Shown here: positions 9,401 to 17,500 of the stretch, one piece after another | Layout of the letters: the number at the start of each line of letters is the position of its first letter | Numbering within the stretch: the stretch's first letter is position 1 | From: a virus | Taxonomy: Duplodnaviria; Caudoviricetes | Length of the DNA: 42,044 nucleotides | Reading direction: 5' to 3' (one strand) | Virus record (IMG/VR): IMGVR_UViG_3300030376_001356 | Location: 1-42,044 of that record | Translations under genes and position numbers: made by a program | Notes under the pieces: model-generated | Databases searched by the model: none | What the model was told of the DNA's origin: nothing | Seen by the model: only the letters and a program-made list of their open reading frames with translations

Positions 9401-12186
9401 GCTTCATTATCAAGGGTTAGTTTACCTAATTCTCTTTCACCTAATTGTTTAGCCGCAGATTCAGGTATCATCATATGTATACCATTATCTTTCATATACT
9501 TACTTAATTCAGGAGTAGCAGTATGTATCATATACTTACCTAATAGTGTACCATACCGGGGGTCTGGTGAAACTATAAACGACTTGTTTACTTTTCCACT
9601 TGTTGGCAGACCTTTATCTAAATTTAAAGCGTCTACAACCTCTTCTCTTGCTAGTATGGCTCCATCGGATATCTCTGCATACTTTTCAGCTAAGGCAGAG
9701 AGCTTCATATCTCCACCTTTAGCTTCACCGAAAAACCCTACCCGGAAATTCAGTCCCATAAAATCGTTATCATTACCTAAGGCTTTTCTCATATGTTTAA
9801 ATATCTCTGAGGGATTAGCTGATATCCCAGAGTTAAACCATATTTGAGCTCTTTTATTAAAAGCTTTAGGATTGTTAATATACTTACCACCTTGTAACAC
9901 TTGACCAAGCTTAGCTTCAAACTCTATAAAGCTTTCTCTAGTACCTATAGGTTTCTCTAAAGCAAGACCATTATTAGCTAACTCATAGAAAACATTAGAC
10001 ATATACATCTGTTCATATCTTCTCTTAGCATTTTTAAACTCTGGATACTTCTCTATCCACTTTGCTAAACCTTCTTTATATGAATTTAAATTCCCTTTAA
10101 TAGGTTTACCATTTCTGTCTACTTGGTTACGCATAACCTTCATTAGGGACCTTCTGTACCTAATAGCCTGTTTAGTGTTCTTATGTAGTGCTGGATGTAA
10201 TTTCACAAAATACATCTTCTTAGCGTCACCTTTACCACCATAATAATAATAAGGAATGTCTACATTATCAGTCCATTGCTTATTCATAAGTTCACTTAAT
10301 GCTTTCTGTACTTTCTGTCTAGCGTTTTGCTTAGCTATATCAATCTTATCTCCATAAGGTACATCAGCATACTCTTCCATCTTCTTAATTCTTTGTAGCT
10401 CTTGTTTAGCAAGGACTTGTTCTGCTCTTGTTAAGTCTGTTTCCTTACCACCCCATATCATATGGTCCAACACTCTAAAGAAGTCTTGTTTAATAGGCTC
10501 ACCAGTATGTCTAAATACTTCAGCTTCATAAACATCTTCAATTATCATTCTTTCCTGTGCCAAATTCTTCTTGTTACCAACTGAATTAGTATGACCTTTA
10601 AGTATACCAGCTTCTCCGTCAACCATTTCAATCTGTTCAATGTCCTCCATCTTTCTGACTCTCTCTGCCCAATTCCTCCAATAGGCACTTTCTTCGCCAC
10701 TGAGTGTAGTCCCACTTTCTTTTTCAATAAATTTAATGATTTCTTGCTCTGCTCCCTGCTTGGGCTTTCCCGTTGCATCGTCATATAGCTTCTCCCATTT
10801 CTTAAAAACTTTATCTGCAAAGTCTAATCTCTCTGCACCAGACTTTTCTTTTAAGTTGGCTCTACTATTAAATAACCTATCAACAAAAGCACCCTTACCT
10901 GCAATAGTCATAGGGATATCTGCTAATGCTTCTATGTGCATATCTAAATCTTGTTCTTCTTGAAACCTAGGGTCGTTCTTATATCTTTCTTTATATTCTG
11001 CTACTTGTTCTTTAGTAAACTTACTATTGACCATTTCTCCAGTTACAGGGTCTACTTCTTTTGTAGTAGCTCCAAACTCTTCAGCCATTCTTTCAATGTC
11101 TTCAAGCTTAATACCTCTACCTTTCATAATGTCATATCTAGCGTACATTATATCTTCGCCACCAAAAGTTTCTGCAAAATCTCTCTTTACAACCTCTTGC
11201 ATTTCCCTTGTTAATGTTTCCCATTTAGGATTCATTTCAGGGTCAGGACCATAATCTTTTTTAAATGTTTCTGCTAAGTATTCTCTACTTGTTCTTGTTT
11301 GATAAGGCATTTCTTTAAAGCCAAAGAAAGCACCCATTGCATAAGCATATACTTGTTCTTCTGTAGTAGCACCTTGTAATGAGGAAGGTAAGCCCTGAAA
11401 AGCGGCACCTGCTGTAGTTCTTGCCACTAAATCAGCTTTTTGTCCGGGACTAAGCTTAGATAAATCAGGGCTACCATTAGGTTTTAATTGATTAGCTTCT
11501 AACTTTTTACCAAAGCCAGACATATTTCCTATACCTCTAAATGCACCACCAGCAACAGCTCCAAACCCAGCGGCGTGAAACATTTCATCTACTCCGTGGC
11601 TCCAACTTGATGCCGCACTTGCAACACCTAAATGGAAAGCACCTTGAGACATATCAGCAAATATACCTTCGGTAGCAAATTTAGGTAAATCTCTTAAATA
11701 AGGTTGAGATACTTTAGCAACAGCTTTTTGTGCCTTATTAGCAACAGCCATTGGTACACTCTTACCCCTTAATGCCATTAAACCACCTGCTAGTTTCGTA
11801 GCACCAAGAAGTCTCAATGGTCTAGCACCCGGTAAATATCCTATGAAACCTGCTAAGTGACCAAGGTTTCTAGCTATAGCTTCTGTTGTATCTTCTGGGG
11901 CTCCACCTATACTAGTGCCAGTAAAATCATCAATCTTTTCAGGGGGTAATGTAGTAAAGCCTTCAAACCAGCCACGTCCAGCCGCTTTAATAGTCTTAGC
12001 TATAAAGCCATCTTGATGTTTTTTATTCCTAGCAAATGGAAGTCGATAGTGATAAGCGTGTTCTTCTAGAACATCTATATCGTCATCCCTGCCATCAAAT
12101 TGACCGGGATTAACTTGATACTCCCCTATTAATTCCCTAATCTGCTTTTCTTCAAACTTGGGCGTCCAAGTAGTTGGGTCAGCCAA
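3430..12186 (-). CDS. Giant virion protein containing a two-barrel (double-psi beta-barrel) DNA-dependent RNA polymerase; probable virion RNAP
   Basis: RVP (aa 1213) followed by ALGGADLDGD (DxDGD aa 1252-1256); upstream K868...GK884...IPESAAK913 second-barrel lysines; ejection-protein-like termini; AAGGAG SD with TTG start. Confidence 0.85.
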   Translation of the reverse strand: MADPTTWTPKFEEKQIRELIGEYQVNPGQFDGRDDDIDVLEEHAYHYRLPFARNKKHQDGFIAKTIKAAGRGWFEGFTTLPPEKIDDFTGTSIGGAPEDTTEAIARNLGHLAGFIGYLPGARPLRLLGATKLAGGLMALRGKSVPMAVANKAQKAVAKVSQPYLRDLPKFATEGIFADMSQGAFHLGVASAASSWSHGVDEMFHAAGFGAVAGGAFRGIGNMSGFGKKLEANQLKPNGSPDLSKLSPGQKADLVARTTAGAAFQGLPSSLQGATTEEQVYAYAMGAFFGFKEMPYQTRTSREYLAETFKKDYGPDPEMNPKWETLTREMQEVVKRDFAETFGGEDIMYARYDIMKGRGIKLEDIERMAEEFGATTKEVDPVTGEMVNSKFTKEQVAEYKERYKNDPRFQEEQDLDMHIEALADIPMTIAGKGAFVDRLFNSRANLKEKSGAERLDFADKVFKKWEKLYDDATGKPKQGAEQEIIKFIEKESGTTLSGEESAYWRNWAERVRKMEDIEQIEMVDGEAGILKGHTNSVGNKKNLAQERMIIEDVYEAEVFRHTGEPIKQDFFRVLDHMIWGGKETDLTRAEQVLAKQELQRIKKMEEYADVPYGDKIDIAKQNARQKVQKALSELMNKQWTDNVDIPYYYYGGKGDAKKMYFVKLHPALHKNTKQAIRYRRSLMKVMRNQVDRNGKPIKGNLNSYKEGLAKWIEKYPEFKNAKRRYEQMYMSNVFYELANNGLALEKPIGTRESFIEFEAKLGQVLQGGKYINNPKAFNKRAQIWFNSGISANPSEIFKHMRKALGNDNDFMGLNFRVGFFGEAKGGDMKLSALAEKYAEISDGAILAREEVVDALNLDKGLPTSGKVNKSFIVSPDPRYGTLLGKYMIHTATPELSKYMKDNGIHMMIPESAAKQLGERELGKLTLDNEAIKYEGNVYDVPANHFRTVMSEITAEKYLKKQALPKQMYSVMSAYGFKDVDPKVMKEMYDTLSDRAIRGTPEANENIEKYLGDKSEANIKKIVNNIDDMPVNRLFDLIRDPSNGRLAQKLYERILKVNNEFVESLGEEGEMSREEVRMHRENAVDFESVIDRMARVFPEGSNSVYLHKFSRDYRMQAMRNYVVQKLTRPKIDNSTVARMRPWEIGMQMKNKETRRLNTEDDIFFLDEGFRELVIKDSLIDPKRSKLGEVWEDFQAGRYENNKEKVADILQAIGMRVPMDSISGAHNLKFAGFTGVKGFGALLHPRSMKALGGADLDGDKAFFFFGGEDSGFRKSWREMYHNAKDEYVDPATGKEKHNKDAMDPVAKKSYGEQLAERDPKLTEQFSHQMAQYSPYWRNFMSEGASKGRDVLGTAVTSRSAIIGAYNAIRGQEADKKWVMDEIVLTGREGVEFLNKDGKRIKANIEMGGGKYSVPFMDNKGNLKRIEFSIKKGDEALQRFREMSRAAIALGSDPMDEAGLKDQVFTTKMLDTLFNYKVFNISKRGEKKLDSWTTNRINKGKADYLKKHGLHSKFLELNRLMYGKNHQDNRRWSYSEISSGVNKFTYLPESAKNTFLPQIAESMRGINWSDNVFRRLNTQSLDKVYADHVQKIQEFDWLKEVMGRDTLASQKGRFITEIMERRLFLDESLEALAKNETEWQKFVDSTYQKGGKEVYITGKIPRDFLPMRTGDFNYRRAYLEHLVLKAEDFLVNDLSDIATMKSVTDVITKYGMSDDAIKGIHTEVDAIKSKSFQMAKKRKSLDDILQTDYKDKETQKLAEEARKAFGLNDKADAKVDQMNIDRVIREYKESIKDVPGGKELFDMLYMGTYTRGDRQRSKVLEKMRENENLKQQVFEMDKFMKNTTLTRAGISSKAVDDKNLKQFFKNYDDLIKKSENDISEKDFKKIRQEQEAEDVSSFFDSRGREIEGQFVDMNRISESEKMYLDDIAPFRGLKSGKIKDPELRTIVNNIKEHLDHYHNLDGRNLNGLFRGLFKKNINQATKYDLKTLDRYMQEMRDGTWFRKTMDWMTGKDKSPRIKRAYYWMFPKAVNRDLMREPAMMDWVEDVGPYKDRLGNTLENARTIRPTSVMGEIQQLSARTQELSMQKSEESIQEFQDDLRPILTALEDGDILFKIAVAKRERGMIPFVDKKNKTNGHKSDFQKYDYIKNWNDVRGDYNQLKDKVYIVPTKEGRVQMSGEQVIDKINNTLTQWNIKTRQWMTGDRVKVDNWLKIAEKDGSVTWEGLDKLRRKFHDYINDTVRRNETIPMEELGIDGMRQVIKRIVHSHTPNSLRTKEALNKIRKDLQIGKFDETGDLGAERYFPHMSFDRKKADQRLQLAMKNVKNDPNLTKEEKTADMRKLWHSYKNLTGDFISKDQMGDNFDVMLDVIKNEAMGRKKKAMNILTKDLKRVGNQFSRESHIGGWEINPEAYESYMKNTINTFFKQAMQVSARTAMHNFNKSFYKQTGDAKLASEWNNFFKLYTQSAMGYPTHIPEHVMNNPNMKIKGTPYKWLADSTAKKRIDYIRKRLGVGRKELEKMNLDEATIDEMSGMEYTQLQGWGSLEAKWQLASLLAHPKSSIANLYGGTVHTWISTGYGNLKKARDFEYLKTNINPEWKSMKDVERWMQELGVIEEFLVYEAGLNPQLKSQRMQNFTKDVVSKLKRDPNLSDESLWQIGKKHKLTRPLFEKASSFMRIPERTLRRDSFMAHYIQAKNKFGGAIKDYNSPFLINMAKRGVKGTQFLYSAPYRPLWTNSTLGRVFSRFQLWSWNSVRFRNDVLKRAKIAGYQEGTQEMETFKRLAMADAFMIGMSNLFMYSLFENALPAPYNWMQDTADLLMGDEKERERAFYGSPIGPLQAVTPPALRLLPPIFKGMMSDDYSQLTDYYLWTMAPFGRLIRDVVGPGGVIENPYYAVTKMTGLPVLQMGSKIKEEKTPRIGQKLIY

Positions 12187-12196
12187 TTAGTACTCC

Positions 12197-13801
12197 TTAT
12201 TCTATATCTTGTAAGGCATCATATATCATATAAGCGTCAGCCGCTAATAACATTGGAGCGATAACACCAGCTCCCGGACCAGCTAAGCCTGATAGAAAAC
12301 CTTTGCCGACTATTCTAGCCGCCGCTTTCATACCAATTTTTGAACCTAATTTCTTTATAATGTAAGCTCCACCTTTTTTAGAGTAAACACTTTTTAATTT
12401 AGCAAGAACGTGAGGTGCCGCTGGAACGCCAACTCCAGCAGTTGCTATTCCTGCAACATCTCCATAAATCTCAGCATTATTCTCACTAGCACCCATCATT
12501 TCAGCCATATTTTCAGCCATCATACTAGTGCCTCCATATAAACCGATACCAAGACCTAAGCTCTTCATAAAACCTAACCCTTTTATAGGACCTAAGTTAA
12601 CACCTTTATCTATTTGTGCAACTAAAGCTCCACCTCTAGGACCTAATCTCATTATAGAGTCAGAAATGTTTTTACTATTAATAACTTTACCTTGCTTTTG
12701 TAGTGTGTTTATTATGCCTTGTAATTGGTCAGCAGAAGACTGCGTTAATTTACCATCTAACTGGGCTTGTTTTAAATATTTAGGAATGTCTTTAACAGCA
12801 CCTTCTGGGATGCCTTCGTTAATGATATTCATCATTTGTTTCTTAGGGTTACCTAAGTTAATCTTTCCACCCTTACCTAATACTTTAGCTTGGGCTCCAG
12901 TAATCTCACCATTGTTCATCATCTTGGCTATCTGACCTTTGCTCATCTTAGCACCATCTAAATCTCTAGAAAAAGCAGGTAATAATTTTTGATTACCACC
13001 GGGTAATAACTTTTGGTTACCACCAGCAAGTCTTTTAGCTTGGTCCATTATGCCACCAGCTCCACCACTACCACCGGGTATCTTACCACTTCTTCTAAGC
13101 ATTTTAGCACCCATATATAAACCACCTAATCCAGTGGTTACACCAACGGCAGTAGCTAATGCAGATTTACCGGGGTTATCATCCCAGCCAAAGTTATCAT
13201 CAATCTTTCTATCAGCCCATTCACCCCAAGATATTTGACTTTCAGGGTCATAGTACTGCATTAAGTGACCTCTTGTTTCTGTATCGAGGCTATTCATAAA
13301 GGACTCTCTCATTGAAGGGTCCCAACTTGCTATTGTTTTACTAACGTGCTTCTTCCATCCGTCTTCAGAATACTTTAAAGGGTCTCTAATAAGACTCTTT
13401 TTTATGCCTTCCATCTCAGCTTTCTTACCAGCTTGATAATAAGCTTCAAAGCCTTGCATATTTCCACCAACTTTTTCTTTCCACTTGGCTAATTCTCTAG
13501 CTCTGCTACCTTCTCCAAACTTTAATCCGTCCATTCCAGCGTCCCAAGTAGAATTTGAACCACTAGGATAATTACTAAAGACATAATTTTCAGTCTTCTT
13601 ACCTAACTGATACTCATTCTCAGCTCTTTTCATCTGATGAACTTTATACTTATTCATCTGCTCTACCATTCTTAGCTGAGCATTAGCACGCATTTTATCT
13701 GCTATACTATTTTGTCCAGATGCGGCACTTCCACCTAATGGATTATGCCCTACTCCAGATAGGTTCATTGGTTTAATTTCACTCATCTCATATTTCTCCA
13801 A
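12197..13801 (-). CDS. Probable ejected core (internal virion) protein
   Basis: 534 aa, Gly/Ala-rich amphipathic or hydrophobic helices; directly upstream of the giant protein. Exact start uncertain (may be MSEIK at 13786). Confidence 0.6.
   Translation of the reverse strand: MEKYEMSEIKPMNLSGVGHNPLGGSAASGQNSIADKMRANAQLRMVEQMNKYKVHQMKRAENEYQLGKKTENYVFSNYPSGSNSTWDAGMDGLKFGEGSRARELAKWKEKVGGNMQGFEAYYQAGKKAEMEGIKKSLIRDPLKYSEDGWKKHVSKTIASWDPSMRESFMNSLDTETRGHLMQYYDPESQISWGEWADRKIDDNFGWDDNPGKSALATAVGVTTGLGGLYMGAKMLRRSGKIPGGSGGAGGIMDQAKRLAGGNQKLLPGGNQKLLPAFSRDLDGAKMSKGQIAKMMNNGEITGAQAKVLGKGGKINLGNPKKQMMNIINEGIPEGAVKDIPKYLKQAQLDGKLTQSSADQLQGIINTLQKQGKVINSKNISDSIMRLGPRGGALVAQIDKGVNLGPIKGLGFMKSLGLGIGLYGGTSMMAENMAEMMGASENNAEIYGDVAGIATAGVGVPAAPHVLAKLKSVYSKKGGAYIIKKLGSKIGMKAAARIVGKGFLSGLAGPGAGVIAPMLLAADAYMIYDALQDIE
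12977..13024 (-). repeat. Tandem 24-nt in-frame repeat encoding (GGNQKLLP)x2
   Basis: Two copies differing only at synonymous positions. Confidence 0.85.
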
Positions 13802-16554
13802 GACTGCTGTATGAATCCCTCAAGGCTTACACGACCACCTGTCTGTCCACCGCCTATATTTATCTTTGTTAAATCATCTACATTAAACTGTGGAGCTGGT
13901 GCATTAGTGTCATACTGAGGAGCCGCAATACCTGCTGGCACTGGTTCTTCGTAATTAGGGTCAGTCATTTTCCTCATCCAACTAGGCATTTCCTCTTCAC
14001 TAGCAATTTCAGGAGGCTTATTACTATTAAAGATATTAGTGTTACCACCTGATGTACTTGCCTCTGTTGGTACCATATTATTTTCATTTAATATAACACC
14101 GGTTCCAACTTGTCTTTGGTCAGAAGAGTCAGTATTTAACTGCATTTCCTTGATTGGGTCATCTCCTAATACTTCTTGAGTTGGTGTAGGTGTACCTGCG
14201 TTTTCTAAATCTAGTACTTGACCATCTCCACTTCCATTATCAATACCTGTTTGCTTTTTAGCTTCATCGTTAGCGTCTTTAGTATTAGGTCCACTATATC
14301 TTCCTAAACCAGAACCTTTCCAATCAGCTCCTTGAAATCCTTGTGCTTGTGATGCGTCTTGTAATAACATTCCTAAGCCACCTAATCCTTTTCTACCTCT
14401 CTGCATCAAAGAACCTTTTTCTTTTCCTGACCAAACATCTCCGTATTTAGCGGCGGCTCCCTTATTTAAGTGATGAGAGGCATCTGCTAACAATCCACCT
14501 TCATTTTCTTTATCAAAACCGTGCTCTAATAAAGACTTACCACCTTCATATAATGCTTCTCCACCCTTCTTAGCTAAGCCATAAGCTCCTTTAGCTCCTT
14601 CAATACCGGCTCCTAATGTTACAGCTCCAACTCCTAAAGCTCCAGTACCTAGTGCTTTTGCACCTGTGACAAGGTCTTGTCCAACTTGACTAGTACCACC
14701 CATAATAGCTTCATTTCTAGCAACTTCTTTATCAACATATTGGTCTCCCATACCGAAGTCATCTCGCATCATTTTAGCCATCTCGATATTGGATTCTTGT
14801 AGTTCATCAGCAACACTTGCATCACCCATATCTCTATCATCAAAGACATCTTTATTAAGTTCACCTTGTATACCCATAGACTTTTGTTTTGCTACAGAAT
14901 CTTTATACTGTTGCCCTCCATATCTATTTGCAATACCTTCACCTAATGCAGTAACACCTTGTTCACCTTTATTTATCAATCCCATTAAGCCAGAATATGC
15001 TGATTGAGCACCTTGCATTCCACTGGTACCTAATCCTTTAACAAAAGCTCCTATATTATATCTTCTTTTGCCATCAGGACCAACCATTCCACCTTGTTGT
15101 AAATATTTATCGTACTCTTTACCTCTCATAGCTTTTGCCTTTGACCATTTATTGCCTCTATCCTTACTCCATTTTCTAAGCTTATCAAGACCTTTTAATT
15201 CTGGTTGCTTTATTGTAGGGACTTTAGCCTTTTTTATGTTTTTCCATTCAGCTTCTTCTTTTAATTTTTTACTTTTACTACCCATTCTAAGACCGTCTTT
15301 AGATATTATTTCATCTTTCATACGCTCGTTATGTAGTCTAGCACCTTCTTGCCTGTATTTCTTATACTCTTCTGCATCGTGAGTTCTAATATACTTCTCT
15401 CCAGTCTTATCACTTCTATCTTTCATAAGAAAAGCTGGTGAACCACCGGGATTCATCATTTTTATATCGTGATTTTGCCAGTATAATTCATCTCTTTCTT
15501 TTCCCCTTTTTATAGCATCAGCCATACTGCTACCATAATCATCACTAGGGTCATCAGGGTCACCAATAAGTTCTTTTTGGATATCTGCATTGTGCATAGC
15601 ATAAGGAGAATACTCTGAAGCTATTTCATCTTTAAGCTTTTGAGTTCTATCATCACTCCATTTCTGTAAAGCCCAAGCTTTATCTTGACGTAATGATTCC
15701 ATTAAGGGGTTATCTTTAAATATTTGCTTTATAGCAGGGTTATTTTCGTCTATATGAGTATTAAACTTCTTATTCCTGTCCATATTCATCTGAGCCATTA
15801 ATTGCTCAGCAGGTGTAAGCTGTCTACCATCTGTTGGCATTTTCCAAGTCTTTGGGTCTAATCCCGGCATCTTACCATAATCTATATGAAATGGACTTCT
15901 GTTTTGCGAATCAACCATTCCTTGATTAATCATATAGTCGTTCATTATCTTTGCAGTACCCATCATACTATTAAATTCATCTACCTTAAACATATCTCCA
16001 GTAGGCACTTCTATTGCTTGTAAATCTATAGGAGTCATCTCTGCTTTTCTTAATGTAGTAGGTGACTCCATTTTAGATAACATTTTTCGTCTATGCTCAG
16101 GGTCTGCTTTCATTCTAGCATACTGGGCTATTTCATTATATGAACCGGGGTTTTGTCTAGGTGGAGTAGTTGTAGTTCTCTGTGCAGGGCTTAGTTTCCA
16201 AGGCTCTTCTTTAGGCATTCTCAATCCGGGTGCAGGTTGAGATGCTCTTTCTTTCTCCATCTGCTTTATTTTTAAAGCTCTTAATCTTGCTATATTAGAG
16301 TCGATGCCTGCCTTTTTTTGTTGCATCCTTTGGTTTTCTTCATAGTGCCTTTTTGATTTAAAAGGACCGTAATTCATTCCACCATTTTGGAACCTTGGTG
16401 CTATTTCATTATTTAATCTATTAAGGTTATCCTCACCAATAGCACTAACTGCATTTCTATTTAACACATATTCACCGGGTTCTAGCTTAGCGTCAACTAC
16501 ATCTCCGGGATAAGGGCTGTATTTTCCTTTATTCGCCAACGACCTGCCCTCCAA
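13783..16554 (-). CDS. Probable internal virion/ejection protein with QxGG motifs
   Basis: N-terminal GDVVDAKLEPGEYVLNRNAV motif seen in phage ejected/tape-measure proteins; low complexity; likely true start TTG at 16539 behind GGAGG. Confidence 0.65.
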   Translation of the reverse strand: MEGRSLANKGKYSPYPGDVVDAKLEPGEYVLNRNAVSAIGEDNLNRLNNEIAPRFQNGGMNYGPFKSKRHYEENQRMQQKKAGIDSNIARLRALKIKQMEKERASQPAPGLRMPKEEPWKLSPAQRTTTTPPRQNPGSYNEIAQYARMKADPEHRRKMLSKMESPTTLRKAEMTPIDLQAIEVPTGDMFKVDEFNSMMGTAKIMNDYMINQGMVDSQNRSPFHIDYGKMPGLDPKTWKMPTDGRQLTPAEQLMAQMNMDRNKKFNTHIDENNPAIKQIFKDNPLMESLRQDKAWALQKWSDDRTQKLKDEIASEYSPYAMHNADIQKELIGDPDDPSDDYGSSMADAIKRGKERDELYWQNHDIKMMNPGGSPAFLMKDRSDKTGEKYIRTHDAEEYKKYRQEGARLHNERMKDEIISKDGLRMGSKSKKLKEEAEWKNIKKAKVPTIKQPELKGLDKLRKWSKDRGNKWSKAKAMRGKEYDKYLQQGGMVGPDGKRRYNIGAFVKGLGTSGMQGAQSAYSGLMGLINKGEQGVTALGEGIANRYGGQQYKDSVAKQKSMGIQGELNKDVFDDRDMGDASVADELQESNIEMAKMMRDDFGMGDQYVDKEVARNEAIMGGTSQVGQDLVTGAKALGTGALGVGAVTLGAGIEGAKGAYGLAKKGGEALYEGGKSLLEHGFDKENEGGLLADASHHLNKGAAAKYGDVWSGKEKGSLMQRGRKGLGGLGMLLQDASQAQGFQGADWKGSGLGRYSGPNTKDANDEAKKQTGIDNGSGDGQVLDLENAGTPTPTQEVLGDDPIKEMQLNTDSSDQRQVGTGVILNENNMVPTEASTSGGNTNIFNSNKPPEIASEEEMPSWMRKMTDPNYEEPVPAGIAAPQYDTNAPAPQFNVDDLTKINIGGGQTGGRVSLEGFIQQSWRNMR

Positions 16555-17224
16555 TACGAGTTTTAATATTCATAGGTATACCATCTGGACCCATAACCTG
16601 TGATAACATACCACCACTATTTCCATAAGCACTTTCTACATAGCCACCATCTTGATACATATCAACTGGTCCACCTTCTTGTAGAACTGGTGGCATTCCA
16701 AAAGCCATTTGCATACCTTTACCAAGTAGGTTTGCTCCAAATCCTGTAGCCTGTGAATCTATTTGTGCATTAGCTAATCTTTGATTAGACACAGCATTCA
16801 TTTGATTCTGGTTCATACTTGTTAAATTATTAGCGGCACCACTAACCAATCCAGTTCCTGCTGACATAGCACCTTGTAAATACTTATTATATGAATCATT
16901 TGCACTAGCCGCCGCATTATTTGCTTGGTCAGCCGCATTAAAAGCAGTAGCAGTAGCGTTTCCACCACCACCCATAGCTATGTTTCTTTGAGCTAACCTT
17001 GATGCTTCAGCCGCACTATCTGCCGAAGCCTCTTGCATTTGAGCACCCATCTGCTTATTAAATGCAGAATCGGGGTCCATCATATCGTAGCCCCGTTGCT
17101 TCAGGTCTCCGTACGCTTCTCGACCTTCTCCGTATGCTTTGTCATACTCAGCGTTAACAGTACTAGTTGCAACTTGCTGGTTCTTACCAGTAAGTTCATC
17201 CCATTTGTCGCTTAACCAACCCAT
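16529..17224 (-). CDS. Probable DNA pilot/ejection protein
   Basis: MGWLS start; Ala/Gln/Gly/Asn-rich helical composition typical of podovirus pilot proteins. Confidence 0.6.
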   Translation of the reverse strand: MGWLSDKWDELTGKNQQVATSTVNAEYDKAYGEGREAYGDLKQRGYDMMDPDSAFNKQMGAQMQEASADSAAEASRLAQRNIAMGGGGNATATAFNAADQANNAAASANDSYNKYLQGAMSAGTGLVSGAANNLTSMNQNQMNAVSNQRLANAQIDSQATGFGANLLGKGMQMAFGMPPVLQEGGPVDMYQDGGYVESAYGNSGGMLSQVMGPDGIPMNIKTRIGGQVVGE

Positions 17225-17254
17225 AATATCACCTAATCTCTCTTATTAATATAC

Positions 17255-17500
17255 CTATTTTTTGAATGAGAAGCCAGATGCACTTGAGCTGTCTGAACGG
17301 ACCCATCCTTCACTTGATTTTACTTCTAAATATGGCTGTTCGCCATCTACTACTATCCTCATTGTACCTGTAGCTCCTGACTTAGATTCATTCGCTCTAG
17401 TACCTTTGTCTAGTTGTCTATCATTCTGCCACTGAGTGTCTCTTTCTTCTCTACCAGCACCAGCTTTAATGTTTGGATTTCTTCTTCTAGTTTTTGCCAT
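17255..17500 (-). CDS. Hypothetical virion-associated protein
   Basis: 81 aa; TAATG coupling to upstream gene. Confidence 0.7.
   Translation of the reverse strand: MAKTRRRNPNIKAGAGREERDTQWQNDRQLDKGTRANESKSGATGTMRIVVDGEQPYLEVKSSEGWVRSDSSSASGFSFKK

Noticed and set aside
3924-15382. Many 60-135-aa ORFs overlapping the RNAP and core protein genes
   Set aside because: Fully nested in long genuine CDSs, with Ser/Phe/Leu-rich antisense composition and no initiation signals
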